Shown piece after piece: positions 29,784-35,345 of a stretch of 35,345 nucleotides of DNA (position 1 is its first letter; each line of letters opens with the position of its first letter). A model generated the notes under the pieces. That model did no database searches. It was not told the origin of the DNA and worked only from the letters and a program-made list of their open reading frames with translations. The DNA is from Thelocarpon superellum (lineage: Eukaryota), in NCBI GenBank assembly GCA_026025795.1, contig JAPEUG010000158.1:1-35345 (forward strand). The letters run 5' to 3'. Position numbers and translations under genes: made by a program.

Positions 29784-31974
29784 ATGGCACAACGAAAGCT
29801 GCAGCAAGAAGTCGATCGATGCTTCAAGCGGGTCGCCGAAGGCATCACGGCCTTCGAAGGGATCTTCGACAAGATCCAGCAAACCACCAACATCTCTCAG
29901 AAGGAGAAGCTTGAGGATGCCTTGAAACGTGAGATCAAGAAGCTGCAGCGACATCGGGATCAGATCAAGACCTGGGCGGCCAGCAATGAGATCAAAGACA
30001 AGAAGCCCTTGCTAGAACAGCGGAAGCTGATCGAGACCGTACGTGCGCTGTGTCCCGTGACCCTCCCTTTGTCTCCAGGCTCGCGGATGGTCATGATGGC
30101 GTGCCGACTGACCGTATCCGGGTGGGCAGCAAATGGAGAAGTTCAAAGCGGTGGAGAAGGAGATGAAGACCAAGGCCTACTCGAAAGAAGGCTTGTCTGC
30201 CGCGGCCAAGCTCGATCCCAAGGAGAAAGAGAAGTTGGAAGCATGCCAGTTCCTATCGTCGACTGTGGAGGAGCTTGAGCGGCAGATCGAACAGGTCGAG
30301 GCCGAGGCCGAGTCCTTACAGGCCAACATGAAGAAGGGCAAGAAGGATACGTCCAAGGCGGACCGGCTGGCGGAGATTGAGCGGCTGACGGAGCGGCACA
30401 AATGGCATCAAGGCAAGTTGGAACAGATCCTGCGATCGCTGGAAAACGGAGCGGTCGAAGTGGAGCAGGTGACCGATCTCGAAGAGAGCATCAAGTACTA
30501 CGTCGACAACAACCAAGACGTCGATTTCATGGAGGATGACGCCATCTACGACGAACTCAACCTCGAAGACGAAGAGGATGCGTCAGGCATGAACAATGAG
30601 AACGACCGCCTCTCCTCCCAAGACACGCAGTCCATCCAGGACGATGCCCCGGACGCCGAGACCCGCGCTCCCAGCCTGCCCACGGGCAAATCCAAATCCT
30701 CCTCCGTCTCCGAGCCTCCTGGCGCGGCGGCGCGGCGACCGTCGATGCACACTAAATCTCCGCTCCCGGCCTTGGCCACCTTGCACAATCCCTCGATTAG
30801 TGCCGCGAACGTGGGAGGCAACACGGCCGCCATGAAACCCGCGCCTTTACCGACACGCGCCCCAGGTGAGACTCTCAAGTATGCTTCCGCCGCCGCCGCG
30901 GCCGCCGCCAGTGATAAGACGGGCGTCGGAATCGCTCCATTACCTCCACCGCCCGGCTCGGGCGCATCGGCATCCGAGGCTTTGACTGGCTTATCCCCCT
31001 TACCTCCTGCCGGCGGTGCTCGAGCCATGGCCACGGTCAGCGCGGTTCGAGGACCGGTAGCTGCATCCGTGGCGGCGGCTGAAGTTAGCGGATCAGCACA
31101 AACGCGAACACGGTCGCCTGCCTTGAGCCAATCAAGCGCCATGGCCGGGGCGAGCGTCGCGAGTAGCGTATCGCAAACCCCCGTGCAAGAAAAGGTCGAG
31201 GCGGCGACGTCACGGTCGCCGCGGGGCCTTTCATCACATCACGCGGCAGAGGCGACAGCTCCTTCGACCACATCGCAGGAACCCGGCACGAACGGGCGCA
31301 CGGAGCGACGCGCGCGAGCCTCGGCGACCGAGGACGCTCGCCCTGGCCTGGTCGGCACCAATGGCGCCGTGGGTGACGCCGGGGACGACGACGCAGACTT
31401 GCATGAATCCGTTTACCACCTTCCACCCGACCTCCACGATCTGCTCCAGTCGTTTGAAGCGACGAAGCGCCGGGTAGGTGCGACGCCGACCCCGGCGGCC
31501 CAGCGGCTGCTGGCGTCGTCGCATGCGATGGCGCCCGGGCCGTTGGAGGCGGAGAAACCACGACACTACAAGCCCTCGATGCGATACAACACGGCCCCGC
31601 ACTATCCTCAGGAACCCCTCCCAACACTGGACGATCATCGACTATATTCCCGCGTGGATACGGACACGCTCTTCTACGTCTTCTACTACCGGCAAGGCAC
31701 CTACCAACAGTACCTGGCGGCCAAGGCGCTCAAGAATCAGAGCTGGCGCTTCCATAAACAGTACCAGACGTGGTTCCAACGGCACGAGGAACCCAAGACC
31801 ATCACGGAGGAATATGAGCAGGGGACTTATCGCTTCTTTGACTACGAGAGCACCTGGTCCGTCGATCCTCGCAAGTCCGGGATCCCCTCCTACTAACGCC
31901 CTGGGCCGTACAGGATGAACCGCCGGAAAGCCGATTTCAAATTCGCGTACAAATTTCTCGAAGACGACCTGTGA
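29784..31974 (+). CDS. NOT3: CCR4-NOT complex subunit Not3/Not5, 3 exons
   Basis: [19 protein letters not shown]...[18 protein letters not shown]; intron 30039-30129; [24 protein letters not shown]-box [32 protein letters not shown]; intron 31858-31913; final exon [20 protein letters not shown]. Confidence 0.95.
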
Positions 31975-33974
31975 TGGGCGAATTGGCGTCAACGCCTGGA
32001 TTCGGCGACCCGGAGCGCGGGGCAGGAGCGGAGCGCTGAGCGTAAAACGCGAAACGCGAAACGCGGACCACGGCGGCTCGACGGGATGATCTGGGCTGGT
32101 CTGGGCTGGGCTCAAAGGGGGATGCGCATATGTATGAGGGCTAAGCACCAACATCGCATCATCTTTGCCCGGAGACATCTTGGCCACGCGTAGAAATCAT
32201 GACGACGACCGTTCTTTCCCACGATCGCCAATGGGGACGGCGAACCCCTCATGTGTACCACTGGATGACTCATCGCAGAGAGTGATGACTAAGAGACCGC
32301 GAACTGACAGGAGGGCCGCAGGCAAGGAGGAAGGGCACGACTGGCCAGGCGAGGCGATGGAGTTGCCAGGCCCCTACCTGAAGCCTCAGTCTTCCTCGCG
32401 ATGCCATACTTGTCCGCGATTGCTTTTTCTCCAGACTCTCCAGACTAACCATGGTTGCAATACGATATCGCCGATCAAGCCAGGCGCCTCATATCCGTCG
32501 CATCGTGCGTGTGTGCTGGGTCGCTGCACCGCCGCCTTTTGGTGTGGGACGACGTCCTGCGATGAGGCTTAGTCGGGGAATCTTTGCTCCAAAGCGACCT
32601 AGGCACGACCAAGGACCGCCACGACCGGGACACCTTGGGACGACTTTGCTCATGTGACCAGCGCGCGGACAGAGCCCTACATGGCTGAAGGGATCCTTTG
32701 ATGGGTTGTCAACCTTGCAGCCTCGTTTTGGTGCCAGCCCACCCACCACCGAGTTGGCCCTGCCCCCGTCCTGTGCTGGTTAGCGACAAGCCCGCGAGGC
32801 AGCCCAGGCTAACCCAACTGGGCGAGCCTTCCTCGCCGGTCACCGCGTCGAACTCCGACCCTCCCTACGTCCGTCGCCGGCGATCCAGCCGGCTTTGCCC
32901 GTACAGCTGCTCTGTAGGCCAGTTGGTGACCGGTCTTGAGGCAGCGGGAAGTCGAAGGCGAATGTTCATTGGTCCGTCGCCATGATCGTCCAGCCGGCAT
33001 GGTGCCTTTGAGGGAGGCACACGACGCGTGATGTCTCTCTACTTGGGAGCCTTACTTTCGATCTGATTCTTCCAGGCAGCCGCGCGGAAACGGCAGCGGT
33101 GAAAACTCTTCCACGGCTGCCTGAGGATTCGTGCCGAGAGCGGCGAAGGACCGCCCGATCCGGATCAACCGGGTGCGACGAGGCGTCTCGAGCAGGGGTG
33201 ATGGGACGTGCTGCCCTATTCTCCCAAGGTTGGGCTTTGTATCTGGAGTTATGGTAGGTATCCATGCTACGTTCTTAGGTGGAGAGTGACAAAGCGAGAG
33301 CCGAGGAACCGCTCACCGGCTGAGGCTTCGCGGATACGGTGCAACGCCAGAGTCGATCTAGCCCTGATCTGATCGAATCAAGCTTCGAACCTTTGCTCGT
33401 CCGCCAGGGCTGTGCCAGATAGGGCTGTCTCGAACAACCTGCTTCGTTCTCACCGGATTGGCCGCCGTATCTAGAGGATTGGTCGAGAGATCGTTGCCAT
33501 CATGGCGCCACAAGGAAGACCCCCAAGGCATTATCAGGGCTCGATGCGCCGTTGGCTCTCGGGCATAGACTCTGTTGGGATCAAGTCCTCCTCTTTCATC
33601 CCGAGCGTGCAGAGGCAGAATTCTTCGTGGGAGAGACCACGGAGGTCTACCGGTCAAGATGCTTGCTGATGAGGCGGCCCAGACCGTTGCCCTGCACTTT
33701 CACCGGTGGAGCTTACGCGCCATGGAGTAGGGGCCGTCGAAGGTCTGCACGCCATACCCCACGTATATGATGCCGAATCATATATCACGACCGACCTCAC
33801 CATTCTCGTGGTTGTCGATGATCGAACACGTTGATACCTTTTCACGCCTCAACCCGCCCCAGCCCGCCCCAAGTCTCCAACACGCCTCAACTAAGGTAGG
33901 TGGTATGTTGACACGGTAGTCTGTATAAGATACTGACATGCAATTAGCTTCATGACAACTCTCAGCAATCCAAC

Positions 33975-34776
33975 ATGAATTCCACATACGATCACGACTA
34001 TGATTACGAGGATGCAGGATATGGTGGATACTCGTCGTACGGAGCCAACCTTTCACGCGAGACGTCTTCGGGTGGACGATCCAGTCGGAGTGGATCGACG
34101 CACACCCAATTCGTCTTCTCGGAGCCCATGTCGGCGTCGTCATCATTGTCGTCTTGTCCTGCCAGCCCTCGTGCTTCTCCATATGAGGTGAAGACCGACT
34201 TCTCTTGTACGTCGCCACTTCTACGTTCGGCTGGCCCAAGCCACGCCTTACCGTCCTCTTCTCTCCTGCACGACGCTCAACCTCGGGCTCCAGGGGTGCA
34301 CCCGGCCTATTACGACTACGTGGAGGATGGAGAGGGAAGCTACTGGTTATTGAAAGACGAGTTGATCGCCACGGAGGAAACTCCAAAGACGATCATGGTG
34401 TCTCCTTGGTGTGTCTCTCTCTCCCCTCCCTCCCATCAGGCATCAGTCCATCTAATCAAGACGGGATAGGAACGACTTGGACACAGCGGTATGTCTCGCC
34501 CAAGGATGCAAGTCGAAGCATCCGCCGCGACGAGCACACGACCTGGTACGACATATCAAGACACGCCATCTTCAGACGGAGGGGTTTCAATGCCCAGGAC
34601 GCAACTGTGATCGCGTGGGCGACTACGGCATCCAACGACCTGATCACTTCCTAGAACATCTCCGCCGAGTTCATTGTTTCAAGAACCCCTCGATCAAGGA
34701 TGTTCTTGGGAGCGGAAGTGGGAGTATGAGCGGGAGTCGCCGCGGTGCCTCCAGCTCCAAGTCTCCCAAGACGTGA
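33975..34776 (+). CDS. C2H2 zinc-finger protein (two C-terminal fingers), putative transcription factor
   Basis: Intron 34409-34469 (GTGTGT..CTAAT..TAG) joins the 33975 ORF in frame to CLAQGC...HDLVRHIKTRH and FQCPGRNCDRVG...RPDHFLEHLRRVH. Probable 5' UTR intron at about 33895-33965. Confidence 0.75.
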
Positions 34777-34860
34777 GGGATCCCCACCTCGTCTCTCTCT
34801 CTCTCCATCCGCATTTCATTATCCTGTCCCTCTTCATCATTCCAATCGGTCATCATTTAG

Positions 34861-34902
34861 GGTTCTTGTCCGAGTCTACAAGGTTCTTGTCCGAGTCTAC
34901 AA
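34861..34902. repeat. Perfect 21-bp tandem duplication
   Basis: ggttcttgtccgagtctacaa occurs at 34861-34881 and again at 34882-34902. Confidence 0.95.
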
Positions 34903-35194
34903 GTGTGTTTTTTCCCGGACCAATTCTTCTTCTCTCGTCTCGTGTTTCTTCTGCCTGTGATTTTTGTCTGATGTGACTCTTCGTTCCATCTCATACCCAC
35001 GCATGTCTGTTCGAAAAGAAAAAAGGGGAGCAGAGGGGTGTTTTTGGTTGTTATTTTATTCTCAAGGGGAAGGACACGGACACGGACTGGGCAAGAAAGG
35101 AAAAGGGCATACCAGGCGCTGTGCTACTACGAACTGACTGACTGACTATTCACTGACCATGAGGTACGTTTGCGGATACACTTACGGCATGGAT

Positions 35195-35236
35195 ATGGGT
35201 GGACGGATGGATGAACGAATGGATGGATGGATGGAT
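35195..35236. repeat. (GGAT)n imperfect microsatellite
   Basis: gggtggacggatggatgaacgaatggatggatggatggata. Confidence 0.8.
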
Positions 35237-35345
35237 AGACGCGATCAATGCTAGAGACACCATGAGGCATGGGAAAGAAAGTGTGCAACACTGCAAAGGG
35301 AAGGACGAAGGGGGAACGGAGATCAGAACAGGATGAAAGGGCAAG

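Noticed and set aside
32044..32066. (AAACGCG)x3 resembling SCB/MCB boxes
   Set aside because: It lies just after the NOT3 stop, in the probable 3' UTR, and looks like a simple slippage repeat

Overview
Gene-dense, GC-rich, intron-containing DNA from a filamentous ascomycete (Pezizomycotina-type GT..CTRAC..AG introns of about 47-100 nt). Most ORF-track entries are artefacts of high GC, so I rebuilt the spliced gene models by hand. Housekeeping genes in order: 20S proteasome alpha-1 (SCL1/PSMA6), a conserved hypothetical protein, gamma-tubulin complex GCP3 (SPC98/alp6), a mitochondrial PPR protein, Cys-Gly dipeptidase DUG1, mitoribosomal MRPL20, a second hypothetical protein, cyclophilin-40 (CPR6), a C2/RasGAP protein, D-aminoacyl-tRNA deacylase DTD1, CCR4-NOT subunit NOT3/5 and a two-finger C2H2 protein. 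Two accessory elements sit among them. (i) A patatin-NACHT-ankyrin fungal NLR (about 17968-20484) is decaying: two TAG stops, two dead splice donors, an altered Walker B, an internal deletion and RIP-type substitutions, but intact phospholipase motifs. (ii) An orphan small secreted Cys-containing effector-like gene (8463-9042). Also notable: a cryptic mitochondrial-type presequence in frame upstream of DUG1, a double-acceptor final intron in DUG1, and a cluster of Rpn4-like motifs upstream of the proteasome gene. I found no rRNA, tRNA, CRISPR array or recognisable transposon, and I cannot support a wholly new multi-gene system from this sequence alone.
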